Shown here one piece after another: positions 1 to 12,855 of a DNA stretch of 64,000 nt. The DNA comes from Octopus sinensis (lineage: Eukaryota): NCBI RefSeq assembly GCF_006345805.1, contig NC_042997.1, forward strand, positions 16,244,001 through 16,308,000, in the 5' to 3' direction. Below the pieces are notes generated by a model. It was given only the letters and a program-made list of their open reading frames with translations, ran no database searches and was not told where the DNA came from. Within the stretch, counting starts at the first letter, position 1. Every line of letters starts with the position of its first letter. The position numbers and the translations under genes were made by a program.

Positions 1-308
1 TAACGCTCCATCGTGAGAATGTAGGTAAGAAAAACAATGTCACATTCTGAACTTGAGAAAAGTTTCGCCTATATTTAATGTTCCCCTTACAAATTGTATT
101 TGTAATATGCATGCTAGCCTTTACAAATCCTAGCTTTTCTAGATTGTCACTAAGGCATCTACTAACGAAGCAAAGTATCCCAATTATTATTGTTAGTGGT
201 TTTATTATTATTATTATATTTTTATTTTGTGTGTCTTCATTTAAATATTTCGTTTTTGGATTTGGTTGGCAAGATTCTTTATGTGAGTTCGTGTGTTGAA
301 GCATATTC

Positions 309-572
309 TGTTGTGTCTGGAAAGAGTCATTTTCTTTTTGTGTCTTATAATTTAACACACTCACCGGTAAAATTTCCACTTATTTCTTATTTTTATTTTC
401 CTAAAATTTTCGTTGCATTTTGCAACCTTTTCAATAGTCAAGACTATTGAAAAGGTTGCAAAATGCAACGAAAATTTTAGGAAAATAAAAATAAGAAATA
501 AGTGGAAATTTTACCGGTGAGTGTGTTAAATTATAAGACACAAAAAGAAAATGACTCTCCCCAGACACAACA
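309..572. repeat. 264-bp near-perfect palindrome (131-bp arms, 2-nt loop)
   Basis: Position i pairs with 881-i from 309 to 439. The only mismatches are 321-322 vs 559-560. Loop AA at 440-441. Confidence 0.97.
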
Positions 573-1243
573 TTCATTTAAATAGTTTCAATGAAAGTTG
601 ATTACGTTCATACGTAGAAGTTCTAAAAAAAATGTAGGTTTTTGTCTATTTTTATTTAATAGTTCGCACAGCAATCTTTTCGACCCTTGCTCGTCAAAGG
701 GTTCCGTTATAATTCACCCTAAGACGACGAGAGGTCGAAATGATCGTAGAAAGAACTTTCAATCACGTGGTTCTGAATTCACTCCCTCTGCGTTGCACTG
801 TGGGCATGTGACCCCCAGGCTGGTCTCGCGTTCACCAAAGCCGGTGTGAGTGGATTTGGTAGACTGAAACTGAAAAAAAGATTGTCACATATATTACATA
901 CCTATGAGTGTCTTTGTGTTTGCTGTTGTTCACCACCATCAGTTGTCAACCGGGTTTGGTTTGTTTATGGCTCCGTAACTTAGTGTTCAGCATAAGAGTC
1001 AGATAGAATAACTACCAGGACTGCAGCCATATTGAGATACTGCCTCGAAACATATTGATCAAAGTACTTGTTTTAAAGTCTGGTAGTTATTCTATCGATC
1101 TCTCTTGGCGAACCGCTATGTTATGGGGGACGTAAACAAACCAAATCCAGTTGTCAAGAGGTTGAAGAACAAATACACCCACAAGGTCTCCAAGCTAAAG
1201 TATAATGCCCTTGCCCAAAGTGCCACACATTGCGTCATGTTAT

Positions 1244-1320
<77 letters not shown>

Positions 1321-1508
1321 ATATATAATATTAAAAGTTGAATCTTTGTTCGCAGGTATGTGTTTGTTGTTGTTGTTGTTGTGTGGGTGTGAGTGGCTTG
1401 CCTGCGTGTATTTTCTCTTTCTCTCCACTCTCTTCTCTCTTCTCTGTCTCTCTCCCCTCTCTTCTCTCTCTCTCTCTTCCTCTTTCTCCATCTCTCTCCT
1501 CTCTCTCT

Positions 1509-1563
<55 letters not shown>

Positions 1564-2120
1564 TCATTCTCTCTCTCTCGTCCTCTCTCTCTGTGTTGTT
1601 TGACTGTGTCTCGTGTTTGTTTGACTGCTGTGTTTGTGCGTGCGTAAACTAAATTTGCCTTTTCTAGCAACACGAATTTCAAACAATTGCGCTCTTCGGG
1701 TGAAAAATGTTATCTGCCAGAGTTCGTGCTCCTTCTATAACCATTGGATTGAGTTTATCCTTTTGGCTATGGCTATCGTTTTCATTGATTGCCTCCTAAG
1801 GAAGCAATCAAATCAAGAACAATCGAAAATGCAGAATAAAAAAGTGGTATCTAAACTGGGTTGTTATTGTTGTTCTCTCATTATTTTCTTTCTCTTTCTC
1901 TTTCTTTCTGCTTTCCTTCTTTTCTTCTCTTATCCTCCCTTAATTCCTGCACTCACTCATTCTTTCTTTCTTCCTCACTTCTTTCTCTCTTTTTCTTTCA
2001 TCTCACTCTTTCTTCTCTCCCTCTTTCTTTCTCTTTCACTCTTTCCCTCTTTCCTTCTCTCTTTCTTTCTCTTCTTCTATCTACCTTTTTTTTCTCTTTC
2101 TCGTCTTTGTTTTCTTTATT

Positions 2121-2538
2121 CTCTTACTCTTTACTCTTTTACTTGTTTCAGTCATTTGACTGCGGCCATGCTGGAGCACCGCCTTTAGTCGAGCAAATCG
2201 ACCCCGGGACTTATTCTTTGTAAGCCCAGTACTTATTCTATCGGTCTCTTTTGCCGAACCGCTAAGTAACGGGGACGTAAACACACCAGCATCGGTTGTC
2301 AAGCAATGCTAGGGGGACAAACACAGACCACAAACAACAACACCACACAAATACATATATATATATACATATATACGACAGGCTTCTTTCAGTTTCCGTC
2401 TACTAAATCCACTCACAAGGCATTGGTCGGCCCGGGGCTATAGCAGAAGACACTTGCCCAAGATGCCACGCAGTGGGACTGAACCCGGAACCATGTGGTT
2501 GTTTAGCAAGCTACTTACCACACAGCCACTCCTGCGCC
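2121..2538 (-). mobile_element. tRNA-derived SINE family B (internal TA/TG microsatellite, (GTAAAAGA)n tail)
   Basis: GGCGCAGGAGTGGCTGTGTGGTAAG..CCGGGTTCAGTCCC head on the minus strand. Confidence 0.9.
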
Positions 2539-2937
2539 TATTCATTATTCATTTTTTTTTCTATCTCTCTACTTTTCTTCATTTTGGCCAATTAGCGAGA
2601 CATATAACCATGTAGGCGCCCGCTTTTGGGTCTTCCAAGGATAAAATCAAATGAAATCGATTCCATTAAAATGTACTTGCGGATTCAAATGGTTCAAATG
2701 GTTCAATTCAAATCTCTACAAAACCATTTAGAATTTTTTTTCGAATCAATGTTGAATTCTGGTCATACTGGAGCACCGCATTGTGCATTTTATCTAATCA
2801 TTGTCATCGTTGTTTTCGTCGTCGTTGTTGTTGTTGTTGTGGTGGTGGGGGAGGGAGTAGGAAGGAGAGGAGGAGGATTCGGTGCAGATGAGTTCTGATC
2901 GAATAGATTTATAACCAAAAGTGTTTAAATCATGTCT

Positions 2938-3089
2938 AGTGGCTGTGTGGTAAGTGGCTTGCTAACCAACCACATGGTTCTGGGTTCAGTCCCACTGCGT
3001 GGCACCTTGGGTAAGTGTCTTCTACTATAGCCTCGGGCCGACCAAAGCCTTGTGAGTGGATTTGGTAGACGGAAACTGAAAGAAGCCCG

Positions 3090-3127
<38 letters not shown>

Positions 3128-3365
3128 ATATGTATGTATGTGCGTGTTTCAGTATCTGTGTTTGTCCCCCCAACATCGCTTGACAACCGATGCTGGTGTG
3201 TTTACGTCCCCGTAACTTAGCGGTTCGGCAAAAAAGAGACGATAAAATAAGTACTAGGCTTACAAAGAATAAGTCCTGGGGTCGATTTGATCGACTAAAG
3301 GCGGTGCTCCAGCATGACCACAGTCACATGACTGAAACAAGTAAAAGAGTAAAAGAGAAAAGAGA
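2938..3365 (+). mobile_element. SINE family B
   Basis: Near full-length match to the other copies. Confidence 0.9.
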
Positions 3366-3597
3366 GATCCCATCTTTTTTTTTTTCAGTGTAGTGTATTT
3401 AGGGATATATTTTTAATGTGTTATCCCATTCATTTAAAAAGAAAGGGGTTGAGAGTTATTTGGCGGAAGATATGGCTGCCATTTCTGGCAAGTTGAGCGA
3501 GTGAGTAAAGATTTTCACGTTGATTCGAATCCTCCATTGGCTCGACTGCATTTTTGTGCAAGTTAGCACCGCGTGTATTTATAAGAATGTTTCTATA

Positions 3598-3922
3598 CCT
3601 ATTTCTTTACTACCCACAAGGGGCTAAACACAGAGAAACGTCCTGGGGTCGATTTGATCGACTAAAGGCGGTGCTCCAGCATGACCACAGTCACATGACT
3701 GAAACAAGTAAAAGAGTAAAAGAGAGATCCCAAGGACAGACAAACGGATTAAGTCGATTACATCGACCCCAGTGTGTAGTAACTGGTACTTAATTTATCG
3801 ACCCCGAAAGGATGAAAGGCAAAGTCGACCTCGGCGGAATTGAACTCAGAACGTAACGGCAGACGAAATACGTCTACGAATTTCGCCCGGCGTGCTAACG
3901 TTTCTGCCAGCTCGCCGCCTTG
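3598..3922 (-). mobile_element. SINE family C carrying a 92-bp insertion
   Basis: GGCGAGCTGGCAGAAACGTTAGC head and GCCTTTCATCCTTTCGGGGTCGATAAATTAAGTACC core. The core resembles a MetaSINE-type central domain (from memory, unverified). Confidence 0.88.
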
Positions 3923-4259
3923 AATGCTTCCATACCCTTATATAACTGATTTGTTTGATGACTCAGCACTTTGACGGAAACTGCAGCATATTGACTATAA
4001 TCAGCTAAAGACAGCTGATTTGAGATATGGCAGAGAAACTAACTCAGGTGATGTTGAAAATATTTCACAGAAATCGTCATGTTCCTTATTTCTTTAATAA
4101 ATAAGAAATTAAATAACAAGAATCCTCTGAAGAAATGACTATATGGAGTGTATTTGCTTGCTTGGAATCTAATAAGATCTTTTGCAGTTAATGATTCATT
4201 TTTGTTGTTATTTTTTTGTGGGGGTAAGATGTTTTACACCTGGATAAGACACTTTACTT

Positions 4260-5230
4260 CCCAGAATCTACCGGATCTAGATGACAGTATATCGCTTTCC
4301 ACCGAGTTCTGTGGAGCAGAGCGTCAGAATAGTTTAAATGTTTTACTGATATTATTTTAGTGAAGAAGTTTGGGGGAAGGGATTATAGTCTTTCTAGAGA
4401 ATACCTATACCCAAGTGTATTTAGATACCAAAGTTGTGACTCAGACCTAATTCTTTCTATAATGGTAGAGATGCCTGTAGTAAAGATATCTTTCAGAATT
4501 TATCCAGACTGCTTATAACAAGTTAGTTCCAGACAGTTGACATGTGTTAGCAAAGATACATTACTGGAAGCACTCCGTCGGTTACGACGATGAGGGTTCC
4601 GGTTGATCCGAATCAACGGAACAGCCTGCTCGTGAAATTAACGTGTAAGTGGCTGAGCACTCCACAGACACGTGCACCCTTAACGTAGTTCTCGGGGATA
4701 TTCAGCGTGACACAGAGAGTGACAAGGCCGGCCCCTTGAAATACAGGTACAACAGAAACAGGAAGTAAGAGTGAGAGAAAGTTGTGGTGAAAGAGTACAG
4801 CAGGGATCACCACCAGCCCCTGCCGGAGCCTCGTGGAGCTTTTAGGTGTTTTCGCTCAATAAACACTCACAACGCCCGGTCTGGGAATCGAAACCGTGAT
4901 CCTATGACCGCGAGTCCGCTGCCCTAACCACTGGGCCATTGCGCCTCCACGATACATTACTAGATATAGATTGAATATACGAAATTTTAGATTATGTTTG
5001 GGCTTAGTCCTTTGTTAAAATATGATTTTTCATTGGATATTTCTTTCCCATACCATAGAACATGGGATTTTATTGAGTTTTATTCCTAATATTATTCTAT
5101 GTCCAGTCATACAGTAAATCTAGGTCCCACTGTATTCTTTGAATACTATCTGTTGTCTTTACTTCAAATAACTTAGTATCATCCATGTAATTGAAGACTG
5201 CAAACCGACTGAATGTTTTTAATTATGTCT
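4260..5230 (-). pseudogene. CR1/L2-type LINE RT fragment interrupted by a SINE
   Basis: FNYMDDTKLFEVKTTDSIQRIQWDLDLLYDWT at 5100-5200. Confidence 0.72.
4565..4950 (-). mobile_element. tRNA-derived SINE family A, full length
   Basis: A box TGGCCCAGTGG and B box GTTTCGATTCC; TSD GATACATTAC at 4555-64 and 4951-60. Confidence 0.92.
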
Positions 5231-5493
5231 TCAGTACAATAATGAATGGAACACGGTAAGCTTTTATATGGGTGTCATTCCTGCTGAAAATAGCAGTCAA
5301 ATTTTGCAAACGTCTTTTTAATAAGAGACGGATAAGTACAACTAGAAACCATGTGATCACAAGTCTGCTCAGTCAGAACTTATAAATGGTTAAGCAACAA
5401 CAGCTACATAATGACAAACGGATTGGCTGTGTTATTAAGAATAAGTGTTTCGCGACTATATATGTGTGTATGCATATATATATGCGTTTGTAT

Positions 5494-5535
<42 letters not shown>

Positions 5536-6244
5536 TGTATAAATATATCAATGCATGCGTATACATATACAGATATATGTATTATTGATATTATTATTTG
5601 ATTGAACGCCACGCATCCATTTCCAAGTAATTTTATCTTAATATTTTTGATGCGACTCTACCCTATAGAGTTTTCTCCCCCATCTTTTTCTCTCATCCTT
5701 TCTCTAATTCCTTTCCACTCATTCACCGTTTGCTATCTGTTTCTCTCTCTCTCTCTTTCTCCTTTACTCTCTCTCTCTCTCTCGATGCTCACACGTGACC
5801 ATCGTCCATCTTTCTTTTACTTACGTAATTATCTTTCTTTTCTTTCAGGGCTGTCGTAGAGACTGCATGTATCCAATCTGTCTCCCTTTTTTATCTTTTC
5901 TTTTGCCAAAGAAAATATCTCTCCCGCGTTCGCTATTTTAACTTCGTCTGGTCTAACGACCCTCCATGTTTGTTTTCGTTCGGTTTCCTCGTATGTCTCC
6001 AAGGTCCTGTTTTTGTGACCAAACTTTTATTTTGGCTTTTGCAGGAGCAACTACCTGCGAAGGCTCATGTTGTCGTTCAGTGCTCAAAATGAGGAGTAGA
6101 TGGACAGCCGACAACTGATGAAGGGTGGTTCATTATGTTAATTGCCCTGTTTCTCATTTGTTCCTCTCGTTGTTTGCGTATCAACTCATTTGTTTTCGTA
6201 TTTCATGTTGTTTACGGTTTGTGACGTCCTGTACCCATATATGC

Positions 6245-6300
<56 letters not shown>

Positions 6301-6354
6301 ATGGACATATATGTGTATGCATATATATATCATTTTTATATGTATGTATATATA

Positions 6355-6407
<53 letters not shown>

Positions 6408-6889
6408 GGAGAGAGAGTTAAAATATATATTTAAAAATTACGTAGTCCAAACGTTCTGAACTCAAAGCGTTGGTTGGAGTGGGTACATATGTTTTGTTTT
6501 GTTTTTTTGCTTTTATCATAACTTGATAATGTACTCAGAGTTTCGCCCCTGTTTGCTGTCTGGCCTGTTCACGACCGTAGGGTAGGAAAAATTGTGTACA
6601 GTTTATATAAGGATGTGTTAACCTTGGAAGAATGCGTGCGTAGAGTAATAACTGTCTTTGAAAACTAATTTAGCGATCTAAAAATTTAATGAGCTGTTAT
6701 TATTATGGTGGGTGTAATTACGAGTAGGCTTTGTACAATCCCTGATTCTATTTATGCATGAGAAAGGTCAAATTATTTAGACTGACATTCTAATATAAAC
6801 TGCGCGCGATTTTTCCTACCCAGCAATCGTGAGCAGCCCAGCTCGTCGCGAAACTCGAAGTCGACTATCAAACTTGATATAATAGTCAA

Positions 6890-6962
6890 ATACACACACA
6901 TACATACAGACATGTCTATGCACACACACACGCATACATACATACATACATACATACATACA

Positions 6963-6994
<32 letters not shown>

Positions 6995-7194
6995 CACATA
7001 CATACATACATACATGTATACCATACATACATACATACATACATAATACATACATACATACATACATACATTACATACATACATACATACATACATACAA
7101 CATGTAGCATACATACATACATACATACATACCATACATACATACATACATACATACATACATACATACATGTAAGCATACATACATACATGCA

Positions 7195-7256
<62 letters not shown>
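6890..7256. repeat. Compound (CATA)n + (TA)n microsatellite
   Basis: Direct reading. Confidence 0.95.
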
Positions 7257-7354
7257 AGTTAATCCAAACAAGAAAGCACAAAAAAACACAACAACGCGAG
7301 GACGTGGAACAAATATTGTATTATTGGACGCTCAGGAAAGAAGGAAAGAAGGAG

Positions 7355-7392
7355 GGTTTAACGTTTCGAGCGGAGCTCTTCGTCGGAAACAT
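7355..7392 (-). ncRNA. Minimal hammerhead-like motif in a Penelope-derived short repeat (~7258-7470)
   Basis: Minus strand reads GTTT-CCGACGA-A-GAGC-TCC-GCTC-GAAAC-GTT-AAAC. Confidence 0.42.
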
Positions 7393-8202
7393 AGGAGAAG
7401 GAAAGATCCAGAGAACGGAAGACAGAGGAAAAAAATCGCCAGCTGTACACACGCGGTCAGGCTATATTAAATCTCTGAACGAGATGTAAATAGTAGCAAT
7501 AGTGAATCGTAACATATAATTGCCAACCAAATGTGGCGTCCTGTACAGGACTGCTACTGAGCCAACGAATACATCCATTCCTGCTGGCTAACGACACACG
7601 TTCTGTGTCCGATTAGCGTTTGCGAGGGGAGGTCATCGCTCCCATCTCTAGCCTTACGTGATACACACGGACTCGAGTTTCTGGGTGGTTAGCCGTCCTC
7701 GGCGTGTGTTAATCACCAGCTACTGATGAAAACTCACCCTACTCGCAATATATTATATGTTTATTCCAGCTGCGCCCAACAAATTATTTTATTTGCTGAA
7801 GATAGCTGGGAAACCACGGTACAGGAAATAGATGGTAAATGTTTTTTTAATTTTCATTCCCTTTCGAAATTACTCCTAATATACAAACGTGTGTGTATGT
7901 GGGTGTCTTGTGTCTAAGAATGGTTATTACGTCAATTAAAATAAATATAAACACACGTACTGGTTCAAACACACCCACACAAGAACGCACACACGCACAC
8001 ACGAACGCACAAGCACACACACACACACACAAAGTAAAACAGACATACACACACCGGAATACACATTCACACATCTACATACACACATACATGAATATAA
8101 TATACGTAAGCATAAGGCTAGTTCTCAGACAGACTCAAGGTAGATCTTGAAGAGTGAGGGCATTTCATTGTATAAAAACGATATACATATATCTATGTAT
8201 GT

Positions 8203-8580
8203 GTGGAGGCGCAATGGCCCAGTGGTTAGGGCATAGGATCGCGGTTTCGATTCCCAGACCGGGCGTTGTGAGTGTTTATTGAGCGAAAACACCTAAAAGC
8301 TCCACGAGGCTCCGGCAGGGGATGGTGGTGATCCCTGCTGTACTCTTTCACTACAACTTTCTCTCACTCTTACTTCCTGTTTCTGTTGTACCTGTATTTC
8401 AAAGGGCCGGCCTTGTCACTCTCTTTGTCACGCTGAATATCCCCGAGAACTACGTTAAGGGTGCACGTGTCTGTGGAGTGCTCAGCCACTTACACGTTAA
8501 TTTCACGAGCGGGCTGTTCTGTTGATTCGGATCAACCGGAACCCTCGTCGTCGTAACCGACGGAGTGCTTCCCATCCCCC
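8203..8580 (+). mobile_element. SINE family A
   Basis: Same body with a short deletion in the tRNA head; probable TSD ATCT(A/G)TGTATGT. Confidence 0.9.
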
Positions 8581-8610
8581 ATCTGTGTATGTGTGCGTGT
8601 GTGTGTGTGT

Positions 8611-8682
<72 letters not shown>

Positions 8683-9743
8683 AAAGAAACTTAGAAGCAC
8701 CGAGTAAGTTGGTGTTTTTCAGAAAATAAAGTAAGTCTCGAACGCAAAATAACTGTGAAAGCAGCTTTAAAAGACCATAAAAATATATCCACCAACCGCT
8801 GTAGCAGCTTATTGCCACCTTTTACGTCGTCTATGGATATTTACCTGATCTTCTAAGCTGTTTTCACATTAGTGTATGTTAGATATTTACTTTACATACA
8901 TACGAACATGTATACATATATATATATATATGCAATGTATATACACACGCATACACACACACGCATGCACACACACACGCACAAATACACACACAAACAC
9001 ACATACACACACACACACACATATATATATACATATATTATTTATATTATTATATAATTGAACGCCATGCATCCTCTTCCAAGTAAGTTTTATCTTAATA
9101 ATTCTCATGCGCACTCTATACAATCTTTTTAGTCTTTCGTTTTTCTCTCGTATATTCTTTTACCTCTTCTTCTCACACTATTCTATCCTATTACTCTGTC
9201 ACTCTCTCTTCGTCACTCCTCCTCCGTTGCAAACGTGACTCCCATGTGACCATCGGCCATCTTTTTTTCTCTCCGTTATAGTTGGAACAAGGAAAACGTG
9301 TTCTTGTTTTCTACTGTCCAAGCTTGATTTATGCGTTCGCCACCACAACCTCGTTTAGGCTTAGCGGCCCTTCCTATTTGTTTCCACTGTCCTGTTTGTG
9401 TTACCAGTTTTGACCCTTCGCAAAATCCCAAATTTTACCTGAATTGCTTTGCGGGAGCAACTTTTTTTTATCGAAAACGTATATTGTTGTTAAATGCTCG
9501 AAATACGAGAGTAGAAAAACAGCCAACAACTGATGAAGGGTCGTTCTGTATGTTGTTTGTTTTGTTTTCCATTTGTGTCTTTCGTTGTTGGAAAGAATAG
9601 TTCATGTTCCATATACTCGTGCATTATATATATATATATATTATATATATATATATATTATATATATATATATATACGTATAGATATATGTGCATATACG
9701 TATGTATATATGCATATATGTATATTATTTATATGATAATTTA

Positions 9744-9791
<48 letters not shown>

Positions 9792-9904
9792 TATTATATT
9801 ATTATTATTATTATATTTCAGATTTATGCAAAAACAAAGATGAAGGCAGATGTGAGAACAACAAGAAAGTATATTTCTCTGACGCTCGGGAAAATTGGAA
9901 AGGC

Positions 9905-9940
9905 CCTTTACGTTTCGAGCCTACGCTCTTCGGCAGAAAG
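9905..9940 (-). ncRNA. Minimal hammerhead-like motif in a Penelope-derived short repeat (~9830-10070)
   Basis: Minus strand reads CCTTT-CTGCCGA-A-GAGC-GTAG-GCTC-GAAAC-GTA-AAGGG. Confidence 0.42.
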
Positions 9941-10678
9941 GAATACGATGAAATAGAGGGAGTATGAAAAAAAGACGTGTTGAGTTCAGTAGTCCAACAT
10001 AGCGAATGATTGGGAAAAAAAGAGGTTGAATGGAAGGGAGATGATAAAGAGAGGTTGAAGGAATGGGAGATAATTCATGGTGATCTCAACAGGTGGTGCG
10101 TGAGCGTGTATGTATGTGTGGGAATGGTGTGTGTGTATGTGTAGGTGTGTATGTGTGAATGGAGGCGAATGAGTTTGACGTGCGTGTGTGTGTGTGTGTG
10201 TGTGTGCTTGTGTATAACGTGTGTGTGTGTTGTGTGTAGCAGTTGACGTGTGGTTTTTTCATGTGGTATGTGCACATGTGTATGTGTGTGTGTCACTGTG
10301 ACCAAATAGTGTGAATGTGTATAGTGTATGTATGTGGGCAAAAGTTATCTCTGTCTATGTGTGTTGCGTGTGTTTATGCGCGTGTGTGTGTGTGTATGTG
10401 TGTATGTGTATATATTATCTGTGTCCAGGCATTATGTGCTCGTGTGGGTGTGGGAGCGTGCATGATGGTGGGTGGCTTATGTACTGAGTTATATTGTGTG
10501 TGGCTGCTCATATGGTGGTATGTGTGGTGAGACTATTGAAGATTGTGTGTGTGTGTGTGTATGTGGATGCGTATGTGGCAGTGTATGAGGAGTGAGAAGA
10601 TGCTGTGGGTGTATGTATAATGGTGGAGGAAGTGGGTGATGAGTTGAACAGTGTGTATGGGGGTGTGTATAGTGGTGC

Positions 10679-10718
<40 letters not shown>

Positions 10719-11273
10719 AGAGAGAGAGAGAGAGAGAGAGAGCGAGCAATACACACGGAAGAAAATCTCAATGTTACAAAGGTGTGTATGTGTGTGTATG
10801 GGTGTGTGTATAGTGGTGCGTATATATATAGAGAAAGAGAGAGAGAGCAATCCATAATGAGGAAAACCCCTATGTTACAAAGGTGTGTACATACTGTCGG
10901 TTTGTTGTTTTCTTATAACTTAGTGAGATGTTTCAGTTCTGGGTCTTTTTTTACGACGACTCGGGACTGGTTATAGAATCAAAATAATATTCGTCTGTAG
11001 TCTCGCTTATCTGACTCCTCAAAACCTGTTTGAAGAGGAACCAGTATCCGTAAAACTCCCAAGTAGACTATTACCGTGGATTTGATAGATATGTTTCTTT
11101 ATTAGCCACACAGGGCTGCACACAGACAGGACAAAATTACAAGGTAGAGCTTTTCTTTTGGGGGTAAAAGAAGAGGGTTTGGTTTTCGATCAGAAGGGAT
11201 CGTAAATGGAAAGAAAGAGGACAAAAAAAGGGGGGGATAAAATAAGGAAAAAAATTGGATCAATAGGGATCGT

Positions 11274-11331
<58 letters not shown>

Positions 11332-11376
11332 TCCATATACATGTATGTGTGGTGTGTGTTGTGTGTGTGTGTGTGT

Positions 11377-11536
11377 GCAGGTGCAGCTGTGTGGTAAGTA
11401 GCTTGCTTACCAACCACATGGTTCTGGGTTCAGTGCCACTGTATGGCACCTTGGGCAAGTGACTTCTACTATAGTCTCGGGCTGACCAAAGCCTTGTGAG
11501 TGGGTTTGGTATTTGGAAACTGAAAGAAACCTATCG

Positions 11537-11567
<31 letters not shown>

Positions 11568-12200
11568 CCGGCATCGCTTGACAACCGATGCTGGTGTGTT
11601 TACGTCCCCGTAAATTAGCGGTTCGGGAAAAGAGACCGATAGAATAAGTACTTGGCTAACAAAGAATAAGTCTTGGGGTCGATTTGTTCGATTAAAGGCT
11701 GTGCTCCAGCTTGGTCACAGTCAAGTGACTGAAACAAATAAAAGAATAAAAGAATATATATACAAAGACGTGTTGAGGCGCATGAGGGGCAGGAGTGGCT
11801 GTGTGGTAAGTAGCTTACTAACCAACCACATGGTTCCGGGTTCAGTCCCACTGCGTGGTATCTTGGGCAAGTGTCTTCTGCTATAGCCCCGGGCTGACTA
11901 ATGCCTTGTGAGTGGATTTAGTAGACGGAAACTGAAAGAAGCCTGTCGTATACATGTGTATATATATATGTATATGTGTGTATGTGTTTGTGTGTCTGTG
12001 TTTGTCTCCCTAGCATTGCTTGACAACCGATGCTGGTGTGTTTACGTCCCCGTCACTTAGCGGTTCGGCAAAAAAAGAGACCGATAGAATAAGTACTGGG
12101 CTTACAAAGAATAAGTCCCGGGGTCGAGTTGCTCGATTAAAGGCGGTGCTCCAGTATGGTCGCAGTCAAGTGACTGAAACAAATAAAAGAATAAAAGAAT
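11377..12200 (+). mobile_element. Two tandem SINE family B copies (11377-11755, 11787-12200)
   Basis: Two head-to-tail matches to family B. Confidence 0.9.
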
Positions 12201-12335
12201 ATATATATATATATGAGTGCAGGGTCAAACGGAAGAGTTTTTAGTATATTTTAGAGTACTCAGCATACATTTAAGATGAAAGTGTTAGCAATTTACTTCA
12301 TGTGTATGATTACCTTTGTGTGTGTTTGTGTTCCT

Positions 12336-12418
<83 letters not shown>

Positions 12419-12494
12419 TATACATATATATATAAATATATAACATTGATAAATATATTTGTGTCTGTGTTAACTTTTGTATAAATAAATGCTT

Positions 12495-12855
12495 ATAAGC
12501 ATGTGTATGTATGCATGTATGTGTGTATGTATGTATGTGTGTATGTATGTATGTATGTATGTATGTATGTATGTGTGTATGTATGTGTGTATGTATGTAT
12601 GTGTGTATCTATGTATGTATGTGTGTATGTATGTGTGTATGTATGTGTGTATGTATGTGTGTATGTATGCATGCATGTATGTATGTATGTGTGTATGTAT
12701 GTGTGTATGTATGTATGTATGTATGTATGTATGAATGTGTGTATGTATGTGTGTATGTATGTGTGTATGTATGTGTGTATGTATGTGTGTATGTATGCAT
12801 GCATGTATGTATGTATGTGTGTATGTATGTATGTGTGTATGTATGTGTGTATGTT
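12495..12855. repeat. (TATG/TGTG)n microsatellite
   Basis: Direct reading. Confidence 0.95.

Noticed and set aside
442-480. CTATTGA..GTTGC/GCAAC-GAAA in the palindrome arm as a hammerhead
   Set aside because: The core differs at G5 and A6, and no stem I forms.
6114-6130. CTGATGA boxes at ~6115, ~7723 and ~9530 as hammerheads or C/D snoRNAs
   Set aside because: No correctly placed stem II + GAAA and no terminal stem or partner box.
7534-7551. TGGCGTCCTGTACAGGAC as a tRNA-Lys primer-binding site
   Set aside because: Several mismatches, and no paired LTR or gag/pol sequence nearby.
8322-8525. Recurrent ORF MVVIPAVLFHHNFLSLLLPVSVV.. (also 4613, 28565, 35786) and LKAVLQHGRSQMTETSKRVK ORFs
   Set aside because: Internal to SINE copies with Pol III boxes and TSDs; not a gene family.
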